NCBI GenBank assembly: GCA_963735835.1
Contig: CAVTNA010000032.1
Coordinates: forward strand, 2,248 to 66,247
Source of the DNA: an uncultured Alphaproteobacteria bacterium
Lineage (GTDB): Bacteria; Pseudomonadota; Alphaproteobacteria; Rhizobiales; Xanthobacteraceae
Length of the DNA: 64,000 nt
Reading direction: 5' to 3'
Below the pieces are notes generated by a model. That model did no database searches and was not told where the DNA came from. It was given only the letters and a program-made list of their open reading frames with translations. Both the position numbers and the translations under genes were made by a program. Positions 10,939 through 21,327 of the stretch are shown here, piece after piece (position 1 is the stretch's first letter; each line of letters opens with the position of its first letter).

Positions 10939-10963
10939 AACGGCTTGCCGCCCAGACGGTTCC
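10939..10963 (-). promoter_or_regulatory. EcfG (sigma-T) type general stress promoter
   Basis: Exact GGAAC-N16-CGTT on the minus strand, about 30 bp upstream of the start. Confidence 0.75.
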
Positions 10964-10964
10964 C

Positions 10965-11160
10965 TTAGGCCGCCAGCGCTTCGGAACCCGATTCCTCGAA
11001 GAAAGCCACCGCCTCGAACTCATAGTCGCAGGCCCGGCAGTGCCAGAGGTATGACGTGCGGCGCGGGCCGTTTTCAATCCATCCCGGGGTGGCGATTGGC
11101 TTGCCGCATTGGGCGCAGGGGTTTCCTTGAGGCAAATAGCCGAAATCGAATTCTGGCCAT
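10965..11160 (-). CDS. Small zinc-ribbon-like protein (one frameshift near the start)
   Basis: Not in ORF track; reconstructs as MAEFDFGYLPQGNPCAQCGKPIATPGWIENGPRRTSYLWHCRACDYEFEAVAFFEESGSEALAA with two CxxC pairs; AAGGGAAG RBS. Confidence 0.7.
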
Positions 11161-11222
11161 GGCGCGCTTCCCTTTGCTGTTTTTTTGTCTGACGGCGAAT
11201 GGGACAGGATTGCTGCCGGATA

Positions 11223-11423
11223 CTAGCGCTCTGTCGTCGTATCTATATCTCTCCGGGGGTATTTTGTCATTCGGACAACGACGTGGTCTCGGCAAGCCCG
11301 GACTAAGGGCTTCCCCAAGAAGTCAGATCGCAATCTGTCGGCAAAATAAAACAGTGCGATCGCGGCAAACGAGAGGCAAAGCAATTCGCCAACATATAAA
11401 GAAGCTAGCGCGGTATTTGTCAT
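11223..11423 (-). CDS. Small hypothetical membrane protein
   Basis: AAGGGAGG RBS; one N-terminal hydrophobic helix; 66 aa. Confidence 0.5.
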   Translation of the reverse strand: MTNTALASLYVGELLCLSFAAIALFYFADRLRSDFLGKPLVRACRDHVVVRMTKYPRRDIDTTTER

Positions 11424-11671
11424 GGGTCCCTCCCTTATTTGCTGTATTGTTGAGGTGCCGGCGAATCTGCAGGATTGCGGGCCAAGACAAATCTATCTCA
11501 TGCGATGAGAGACGAATTGATTTGGAACAATACTGCGATGCGAAAGCCGCGACTGTTGACCGTGCGGCTGTGAAGCGTACGCCGACACAACGACGACGAT
11601 TGGTCATTCGCTGCTGCGGCCAGCGGCGTATACGTCAGCAACATCGCCCGACTTTGGTTGGAAGGTGGAAT

Positions 11672-11685
11672 TTGACACAAATCAA
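11672..11685. promoter_or_regulatory. FixK2/FNR-type box
   Basis: TTGAC-ACAA-ATCAA; second weaker box TTGAT-TTGG-AACAA at 11517-11530. Confidence 0.6.
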
Positions 11686-11843
11686 GGAGCTGTCGTCTTC
11701 AGCCGCATATAGTTTTCTGTCCAGGACGAATGGAGGCGTGACATAATCTAGCTTAATCAACCGGGGGGCAATTTGCCGCGTGAAATCCCGTAGGATTTCC
11801 CGCGGCCATGGGATGTGCTCCGCCGATAACACAGGAGGTAACC

Positions 11844-13175
11844 ATGGCTGAGCGCATTCCGGCAAACTTCAGACGCGTCATCACCGCCGCGGCAGGGGGA
11901 AACGTTATCGAATGGTACGATTTCTATATTTTCGGAAGTCTGGCCACGATCTTGTCGGTCAAATTTTTCGAAAAGAGCCACCCCGTCGCCGCCCTGCTCA
12001 GCACGATCGCGCTGTTCACCGCCGGCTTCCTGGTCCGGCCGCTGGGGGCATTTGTGTTCGGCTGGCTGGGAGACATGGTCGGCCGCAAGTATACCTTCAT
12101 CCTGACGCTCGTCGGCATGGCTCTCGGCACCGGGGCGATCGAATTGATTCCGACCTACGATCAGATCGGCTTGAGCGCCGCGATCATCCTGTTCTGTTTA
12201 CGCATGCTCCAGGGTCTTTGCCTGGGCGGCTCATATGGCGGCGCCATCACCTATGTCGCCGAGCACGTGCCGGAAGAGCGCCGCGGCTATTATACCGGCT
12301 GGTTGCAGACCTCGCCGACCCTGGGAATCGTGCTGTCGCTCATCGTGATCATCGCGACCCGCGGCTACTTTGGCGAAGCCGTGTTCAACGCCTGGGCGTG
12401 GCGGATTCCGTTCCTGTTCTCCTTCCTGCTGGTGTTCGTCACCATGTATATGCGGGCCAACTTCGAGGAGTTGCCGGTCTACGCGGAGATCAAGGCCAAG
12501 GGGCACACCAGCAAAAACCCGTGGCGCGAGGCCTTCCTCAATCCCCAAAACCTCAAATACGTTGTGATCGCCACCATCGTGGTATTGGGCGAGGGCGTGG
12601 TCTGGTACTCGAGCCAGTTCTGGGCGCTGTTCTACCTGCAGACGGTTTCCAAGGTGGACACGCTCACCAGCTCTCTCATTGTGGGAATCGGGCTGGTCAT
12701 CGGGACCCCGACACTGATCCTGTTCGGTTGGCTGTCTGACATCATCGGCCGCAAGCCGGTGATCCTGGGCGGATTCTTTCTCGCGGCGGTGACCTATTAT
12801 CCGCTGTATACGTGGCTCGGGGCAGTCACGCAGCCGGGCAATATCAACATGCCGATCGCGATTTTGATTGTCGCCATTCTGGTCGCCTATGTCGGGATGG
12901 TCTACGGGCCGATCGGCGCGTTCCTCGCGGAATTTTTCCCCAGCAGGATCCGCTACACCTCGGTATCGATGCCCTACATGATCGGCAACGGCTGGGGTGG
13001 CGGGCTGGTGCCCTTCATCACCACGGCGGCTTACACGTCGACGGGCAGTCTCGCCTATGCGCTGATCTACCCGATCGCAGTTCCTGCGGTGTGCCTCGTG
13101 CTTTCGCTGTTCCTGATGCCCGAGACTTGCAAAATGAGCATCTGGGATGATGACAAGGTGCTCTCGAAAACCTAG
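11844..13175 (+). CDS. MFS transporter, metabolite:H+ symporter (MHS) family
   Basis: GNVIEWYDFYIFG, RPLGAFVFGWLGDMVGRK, GWLSDIIGRK; about 12 TM. Confidence 0.93.
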   Translation: MAERIPANFRRVITAAAGGNVIEWYDFYIFGSLATILSVKFFEKSHPVAALLSTIALFTAGFLVRPLGAFVFGWLGDMVGRKYTFILTLVGMALGTGAIELIPTYDQIGLSAAIILFCLRMLQGLCLGGSYGGAITYVAEHVPEERRGYYTGWLQTSPTLGIVLSLIVIIATRGYFGEAVFNAWAWRIPFLFSFLLVFVTMYMRANFEELPVYAEIKAKGHTSKNPWREAFLNPQNLKYVVIATIVVLGEGVVWYSSQFWALFYLQTVSKVDTLTSSLIVGIGLVIGTPTLILFGWLSDIIGRKPVILGGFFLAAVTYYPLYTWLGAVTQPGNINMPIAILIVAILVAYVGMVYGPIGAFLAEFFPSRIRYTSVSMPYMIGNGWGGGLVPFITTAAYTSTGSLAYALIYPIAVPAVCLVLSLFLMPETCKMSIWDDDKVLSKT

Positions 13176-13248
13176 CCATGCGAATATCCTGGGAATCCAA
13201 ACCATTTGCGGGGCCGTTCGGCCCCGCATTTCTTTTTCGCCCCTGCCG

Positions 13249-14757
13249 TTAACGAGGGCTTGCTGCTACTTTCGCCTTGGGATCGACCGCGGGCTCTGCG
13301 GTATGCACCGCGCCGGCCTTTCGGACATGGATCGTGGCGATGTCGTCGGCATACACTTTCTGCCAGCCGTCGATGTGATCGAGCAGTTTTGTGGCGGCGC
13401 TTTGCGTGCGCATCAGGGTCGCTTCGATCCGGTACTGTTCCAGCAGCCGGAACAGGTTTTCCGGCTCCATCAAGCCGGAAGCGGCGTTGTGGTCGACGAA
13501 GAATTTTTCGCCGTAGAGTTCGGTGCGGCCGTCGATGAACGGCGCCACGCCGCTTGCGATCAGATAGCCGCCGAAATCGTAGTCGTTGAATACGCGCGCC
13601 ATATTCAATTTCTTCAGCGCGGCGACGGCCGCGACCGGCGCGCCGTGGCTATGCGGCTCGAAGCGATGCACCGACGCATAGGCAACGGTTCCCGCGATCA
13701 GCAGGACGGCGAGGCCTGCGAACAGCACGCCGCGCGCGGGCGGCGCGGCGGCTGACGCCTCGGCGCCGCCGATCTGCCCGGCGAGCGGGGCGGCCAGAAC
13801 CAGCGGCGCCAGCAGCGCCAGGATTTCGCCGGCGCGTCCCTGCGCGAGCGCCATGTGAAGCAGACCGAGCAGCAGCACGATGCGCAGCGGCGGCAGTTTG
13901 ACGCCGCGCCACAGCGAAAGCCCAACTCCAGCGAGCAAGCAAACCTCGAGCGCCCCGACGCTGCCGAAATCCGCGGGCTTCCATTCCATGATCAGCGGCA
14001 GCGCGCCGCCGAGCGCGAGAATTCCTTTGCGACGCCAGCAGCGAATTCCAGCCATAGGGCGTGCAGCAGCTTGCCAGCAGCGCCGCCAGCCGCGAATGCC
14101 GCCCAGCGCAGCGCCAGCGATTTGCGCGCCTGCGCCTCCGCGCCCAGCACGGCATCGAGCGCGATCGGCGCGATCAGCACCAGGCCGAACACAAAACCGC
14201 CGTGCAGATTGGCCCACAGCGCCATCAGGGCAGCAGCCGGAACGACGGCGCGCTGCGGCGATCCGCGGCGGCGATCAGTCCGCCGACCCACGCCACCATG
14301 ACCGGCATCGCCAGCACATGCGGCCGCGCCAAGCAGATGCGGCACCGTCAGCGCCAGCGCCGCGGCGACGAACACCAGGGTCGTGCTTTCGCTCAGGCGC
14401 CGGCTCAGGAATTTCGTGAACAGCGCGAAGGTGGCGGCGATCGCAGCCGCGGAAAACACCACCGGCCCGCTCCAGCCGAAGACCGCATAGGTCTTGGCAT
14501 AAAGCACCTGCGCCAGCCACTGCGTCGAGATCCAGGGCTGGCCGCGCATGGTGAAGGAAAACACGTCGGTTTCCGGCACCGCGCGGTGATCGAGGATCCA
14601 CTGCCCGACCGTGATCTGCCACAACGTATCGGGATCGATCAAAAGCCGGTTTCCGGCCAGCACGAAACAACGCATAGATGCCGACGCCGACCCACAGCGG
14701 CAGCAGGCCGCGCAGCGGGCTTGCGGCTTCGGTGGGTTGGGCGACGGACAGGGTCAT
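13249..14757 (-). CDS. Polytopic membrane protein, GT-C-like architecture (frameshifted)
   Basis: DPDTLWQ after TM1, many TMs, LWANLHGGF, soluble C-terminal domain with VFNDYDFGGYLI and FIDGRTELYG. Confidence 0.7.
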
Positions 14758-14971
14758 CGGCGCGGCCGGATTTTTGAGGGTTTCCCCAGGGAATGTCCGC
14801 GATCGAAGCACGCCAGGGCATAATTCTTGGTAAAGCCGCCGCCCGCGAAAAGGGGGCAAAGGCCGGGGAAAGGCCCGGTTTTGGCCACATCAATGCCCGG
14901 CGGATGCAACAAACGGGGGCGTTAAGCGTTCGACCGGGCACACGTCCCCTTGCCCTGAAGGTCATTTCCGC

Positions 14972-15414
14972 ATGAAACCTCTGTTATCGCTCGCCTGTCT
15001 CGCCGTCATCACCGCGCTCTATTTGCCGCAAGGCGCCCGGGCGCAGCGCGCCGAATATGATGCGCTGGTCGCCAGCCATGCCGCGGCCAATGGGGTGCCG
15101 CGGCGCTGGTGCATCGCGTGATCGTGCGCGAGAGCCGCTACCAGCCGAGCCTGGTCGGCCGCGGCGGCACCATCGGCCTGATGCAGATCAAGCTCGCGAC
15201 CGCGCGCGGCCTCGGCTACACCGGCGATGCCGCAGGGCTGCGCGATCCCAACACCAATCTCACCTATGGGGTGAAATATCTGGCCGGCGCCTACCGCGCC
15301 GCCAATGGCGACCACAGCCGCGCCGTGCACTATTACGCCAGCGGATATTACGGGGTCGCCAAGCGCCAGCGGAGCCCCGCCGACGCCCACGCCCAGCAGG
15401 TTCCCGCGCGCTAA
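14972..15414 (+). CDS. Lytic transglycosylase, SLT domain (frameshifted)
   Basis: Signal peptide; VIVRESRY, IGLMQIK, NLTYGVKYLAGAY. Confidence 0.88.
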
Positions 15415-15472
15415 CGCGGTGCAAACCGGCGCCGCCCGCGTTGACACTCCCTGCCATCGGCCTACATTAAGT

Positions 15473-15593
15473 CCGTTCCGAGGGGAGCTCTGACGAGGAG
15501 CTGAGATACCGCAAGCTCAGGGACCTGATTTCGAGGTCCGAGACCGCGGTGACCCTTTGAACCTGATCCGGGTCATGCCGGCGAAGGGACAGG
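15473..15593 (+). ncRNA. TPP riboswitch (THI element)
   Basis: GAGCTGAGA...GACCCTTTGAACCTGATCCGGGTCATGCCGGCGAAGGGA directly before thiO; 3' end abuts the RBS/ATG. Confidence 0.95.
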
Positions 15594-15594
15594 G

Positions 15595-16614
15595 ATGTAC
15601 CAGAGTTCACACAAGCCCCGAAGGGGGATTTCGCACGTATCCATCATCGGCGCAGGCATTGCCGGCGCGTGGCAGGCGCTGTTGTTCGCGCAGGCCGGTC
15701 ACGCCGTCACGCTGCACGAGCGCAGCGACGAGGCGATGATGCTCTCCACCAGCCACTGGGCCGGCGGCATGCTCGCGCCCTGGTGCGAGAGCGAGGTATC
15801 CGAGCCGATCATCAGCCGGCTCGGCCTGCGCGCGCTCGATCTGTGGCGCAGGGAATTGCCGGATACGCCGTTCAACGGCTCGCTGGTGGTGGCGCATCGC
15901 CGCGACCGCAACGATTTCGAGCGTTTTGCCAGGCTCACCTCCGGCCATAAGCGGCTCGATGCGCGCGGGCTCGCCGAGCTCGAACCCTCGCTGGAGGGCC
16001 GGTTCCGCGACGCGCTGTTCTTCGCCGGCGAAGGCCATGTCGAGCCGCGCCGCGTGCTGCCGAAACTGCACGAACGCATCATCGCCGCCGGCGGCACCAT
16101 CCGGTTCAACAGCGAGCCCGCGCCATCGGATATCGACGGCCTCGTGATCGACTGCCGCGGGCTTGCCGCGCGCGACAGCCAACCCGAATTGCGCGGCGTC
16201 AAGGGCGAGATGATCCTGATCGAGAGCAGCGAGGTGCAATTGTCGCGCCCGGTGCGGCTGATCCATCCGCGCTGGCCGCTCTATGTGATTCCGCGCGAGG
16301 ACAATCTGTTCATGCTGGGCGCCACCTCGATCGAGGCCGAGGACACCGGCGTCAGCGTCCGCTCCGCGCTGGAGCTGCTGGGCGCGGCCTATGCGGTGCA
16401 TCCGGCGTTCGCCGAAGCGCGCATCGTCGAATTCGGCTCCGGCTTGCGCCCGGCGTTTCCCGACAATCTGCCGCGCATCGCCATCGACAGGCAGCGCATC
16501 GCGGTGAACGGCCTCTATCGCCACGGCTTCCTGATCGCGCCGGCGCTGGCGGAACTGACGCTCGCCTTTGTCGAGCGCGGCCAGATCGACAACGAGGTGA
16601 TGCAATGCGCGTGA
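15595..16614 (+). CDS. thiO: Glycine oxidase ThiO
   Basis: GAGIAG FAD motif, [20 protein letters not shown]; first gene of the thi operon. Confidence 0.93.
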   Translation: MYQSSHKPRRGISHVSIIGAGIAGAWQALLFAQAGHAVTLHERSDEAMMLSTSHWAGGMLAPWCESEVSEPIISRLGLRALDLWRRELPDTPFNGSLVVAHRRDRNDFERFARLTSGHKRLDARGLAELEPSLEGRFRDALFFAGEGHVEPRRVLPKLHERIIAAGGTIRFNSEPAPSDIDGLVIDCRGLAARDSQPELRGVKGEMILIESSEVQLSRPVRLIHPRWPLYVIPREDNLFMLGATSIEAEDTGVSVRSALELLGAAYAVHPAFAEARIVEFGSGLRPAFPDNLPRIAIDRQRIAVNGLYRHGFLIAPALAELTLAFVERGQIDNEVMQCA

Positions 16615-16803
16615 CCGTCAACGGCGAGCCGCGGGAGATTGCCTCCGCCAGCGTCGATGCGCTGCTCGGCGAACTCGACTATGAGGGCACGCATTTCGCC
16701 ATCGCCGTGAATTACGACGTGCTGCCGAAGAGCAAGTGGGCGGAGACGCAGCTGCAGCAACGGCGACGAGATCGAGATCATCACGCCGCGGCAGGGAGGG
16801 TGA
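16605..16803 (+). CDS. thiS: Sulfur carrier protein ThiS (frameshift near 3' end)
   Basis: MRVTVNGE...AIAVN...[13 protein letters not shown] with C-terminal GG. Confidence 0.92.
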
Positions 16804-16837
16804 GGATGAGTTACGTTCGCGCATGCTCTCATCACTT

Positions 16838-16942
16838 CGTCCCGGCGAAAGCCGCGAATCGTAATCCCGGCGTGGTTACGGAAGGCATCGCCACAGTGCC
16901 TCGAGATGACCGGCGATCGGGTCCCGGCCTTTCGCCGGGACG
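16838..16942. repeat. REP-like palindromic intergenic element
   Basis: CGTCCCGGCGAAAG...CTTTCGCCGGGACG terminal inverted repeat between thiS and thiG. Confidence 0.7.
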
Positions 16943-16961
16943 ACGGCGAAGAATGCGAACC

Positions 16962-17744
16962 ATGCTAAAATTCTACGACCGCGAATTCTCCTCCCGCCTC
17001 CTGATCGGCAGCGCGCTGTATCCGTCGCCGGCGATCATGCAGGGCGCGATCCGCGCCTCGGGCGCCGAGATCGTCACGGTGTCGCTGCGGCGCGAATCCG
17101 CCGGCGGCAAGACCGGCGATGCGTTCTGGTCGCTGATCCGCGAGCTCGACGTCACGGTGCTGCCGAACACCGCCGGCTGCCGCAGCGTGCGCGAGGCCGT
17201 GACCACCGCAAAACTGGCGCGCGAACTGTTCGGCACCTCCTGGATCAAGCTCGAGGTGATCGCCGACAACGACACGCTGCAGCCCGACGTGGTCGGCCTG
17301 GTCGAGGCCGCCGACATCCTGATCAAGGACGGGTTTGAAGTGTTTCCCTATTGCACCGAGGATCTTTCTGTCGCGATGCGGCTGGTCGACGCCGGCTGCA
17401 GGGTGGTCATGCCATGGGCGGCGCCGATCGGCTCGGCCCGCGGCATCATCAACCGCGATGCGCTGAAACTGTTGCGCGACCGGCTGCCCGATATCGCGCT
17501 GGTGGTCGATGCGGGATTGGGCGCGCCGAGCCACGCGGCGGAGGCGCTCGAACTCGGCTACGACGCCGTGCTGCTCAATACCGCGATCGCCAGGGCCGCC
17601 GACCCCGTCGCGATGGCGAATGCGTTTCGCGCGGGCGTCGAGGCCGGACGTAGCGCGTATGAGGCCGGGCTGATGGAAGCCCGCGATTTCGCCTCCCCTT
17701 CAACCCCTGTCGTTGGGACCCCGTTCTGGCATGCCGTATCCTGA
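16962..17744 (+). CDS. thiG: Thiazole synthase ThiG
   Basis: [41 protein letters not shown]. Confidence 0.96.
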   Translation: MLKFYDREFSSRLLIGSALYPSPAIMQGAIRASGAEIVTVSLRRESAGGKTGDAFWSLIRELDVTVLPNTAGCRSVREAVTTAKLARELFGTSWIKLEVIADNDTLQPDVVGLVEAADILIKDGFEVFPYCTEDLSVAMRLVDAGCRVVMPWAAPIGSARGIINRDALKLLRDRLPDIALVVDAGLGAPSHAAEALELGYDAVLLNTAIARAADPVAMANAFRAGVEAGRSAYEAGLMEARDFASPSTPVVGTPFWHAVS

Positions 17745-18364
17745 TCGCCACGCGTATCCTGATCGATTTTATCCGGTCGTCGACAGCGTCGCCTGGGTGG
17801 CGCGGCTGGCGCTGCTCGGCGTCGGCACCATTCAGTTGCGCGCGAAGAACCTCGACGATGCCGAGGCGCTGCAGATGGTCCGCGACGCGCTCGAAATGAT
17901 CCAGGGGCACGCCGGCAAAGCTCGTGGTCAACGACTACTGGCGCGCGGCGATCATCGCCGGCGCCAGACATCTGCATCTCGGCCAGGAAGATCTGGGCGA
18001 TCGCGACGCCGACCTCGAGGCGATCCGCAAGGCCGGCCTCACGCTCGGCATTTCCACCCATGACGACGCCGAGCTTGAAACCGCGCTGCGCGCCAAGCCC
18101 GATTACATCGCGCTCGGCCCGATCTTTCCGACCACGCTGAAATCGATGCGCTTTGCGCCGCAGGGCATCGCCAAGATCACCGAATGGAAGAAGCGCATCG
18201 GCGATATCCCGCTGGTGGCGATCGGCGGCATCAAGCTCGAACAGGCGCGCGAGATCTTCGCCGCCGGCGCCGATTCCATCGCTGTCGTCAGCGACGTCAC
18301 CCAGAACGCCGAGCCCGACGCGCGGGTGCGCGCCTGGCTCGGACTGAACGCGGAGGCGGCGTGA
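17731..18364 (+). CDS. thiE: Thiamine phosphate synthase ThiE (frameshifted)
   Basis: [36 protein letters not shown]. Confidence 0.93.
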
Positions 18365-18388
18365 GATGAGAGAACCGATCCACCGGCC

Positions 18389-18491
18389 GTCATTCCGGGA
18401 TGGTGCGTAAGCACCAGACCTCAGATGCGCATTGCGCATCGGGGATATCTCGAGATTGCGGGTTCGATGCTTTGCATCGCCCCGGAATGAC
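18389..18491. repeat. REP/RIME-like palindromic element
   Basis: GTCATTCCGGG...CCCGGAATGAC; same family at 43022, 43563 and 58518. Confidence 0.8.
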
Positions 18492-18508
18492 AACAAGGAG
18501 GATGGCCG

Positions 18509-18896
18509 ATGCAGACATCGCTCTTTCTCGCAAGGCTGATCGGGCCGGTCATGCTGGTGATCGGGCTCGCGGTGTTCGCCAACCAGCGCGGCTTCCGCGA
18601 CATGGCCGAGGAATTCATGGCCAGCCGGGCGCTGATCTTTCTCTCAGGTCTTCCTGCTCATGCCGGCCGGCCTTGCCATCGTGCTGACGCACAACATCTG
18701 GACCGCGGACTGGCGCGTGCTGATCACCATCTTCGGCTGGCTCAACGTGATCGGCGGCGCGCTGCGGCTGTTCGCGCCGCCGTTCCTGGTGAAGGCCGGC
18801 AAGACCATGCTGAAGCAGCCGCATTTCACAGTGATCGCCGCCGCGATCTGGGTCGTGATCGGATTGCTGTTTTGCTTTTTTGGATATTGGCACTGA
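18509..18896 (+). CDS. Small four-TM membrane protein of unknown function (frameshifted)
   Basis: AAGGAGG RBS; MQTSLFLARLIGPVMLVIG...HNIWTADWRVLITIFGWL...FFGYWH. Confidence 0.8.
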
Positions 18897-18927
18897 AAGA
18901 ACTTGATCTCCGGAAGGGAGCACCACC

Positions 18928-20857
<1,930 letters not shown>

Positions 20858-20937
20858 GGCACTCGTTGTGACACCCCCCGCATAACTGGAGGACTGACAG
20901 TCGCTCGCCAACTGCCAAAATGGCGACTGTCCTTCAG

Positions 20938-21220
20938 TTACAACTTTCCCTTGAGTGGATGGTCAGCTGTCCACCCGCTAGCAGCCCGAGAATTGACGTA
21001 ACAGATCAGTAGATCGGCAGCCGCTCGAGAGGTAACAAAGTGGGCTAATGAACTGGCGGCTGCTCGAGAATCGACGAAACACCACAATCCATCGTCCCCT
21101 TGGGCTACTGCTCGTGAATTCGACTTTACAGACCAATAGATCCGCTGCGGCTCGCGATGGCACTTCGCAAACCAAGAAGTTCGCGGCAGCTCGGGAATTG
21201 ACGACATTAACCAAAGCCAT
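20938..21220 (-). CDS. Small SRAAA-repeat protein, DUF6150-like (frameshifted)
   Basis: MALVNVVNSRAAANFLVCEVPSRAAADLLVCKVNSRAVAQGDDGLWCFVDSRAAASS...SRAAADLLICYVNSRAASGW...; GAGGAG RBS; low GC; family name from memory. Confidence 0.6.
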
Positions 21221-21327
21221 CGCTCCACTCCTCTCTAAGCTTCTGACCAAACAGAAGCGCCCCGATAAGTCGTTCTACATACACGATGGAACGGCTACAG
21301 TAGTAACTGTTCCCCCTGCCCACCCAT

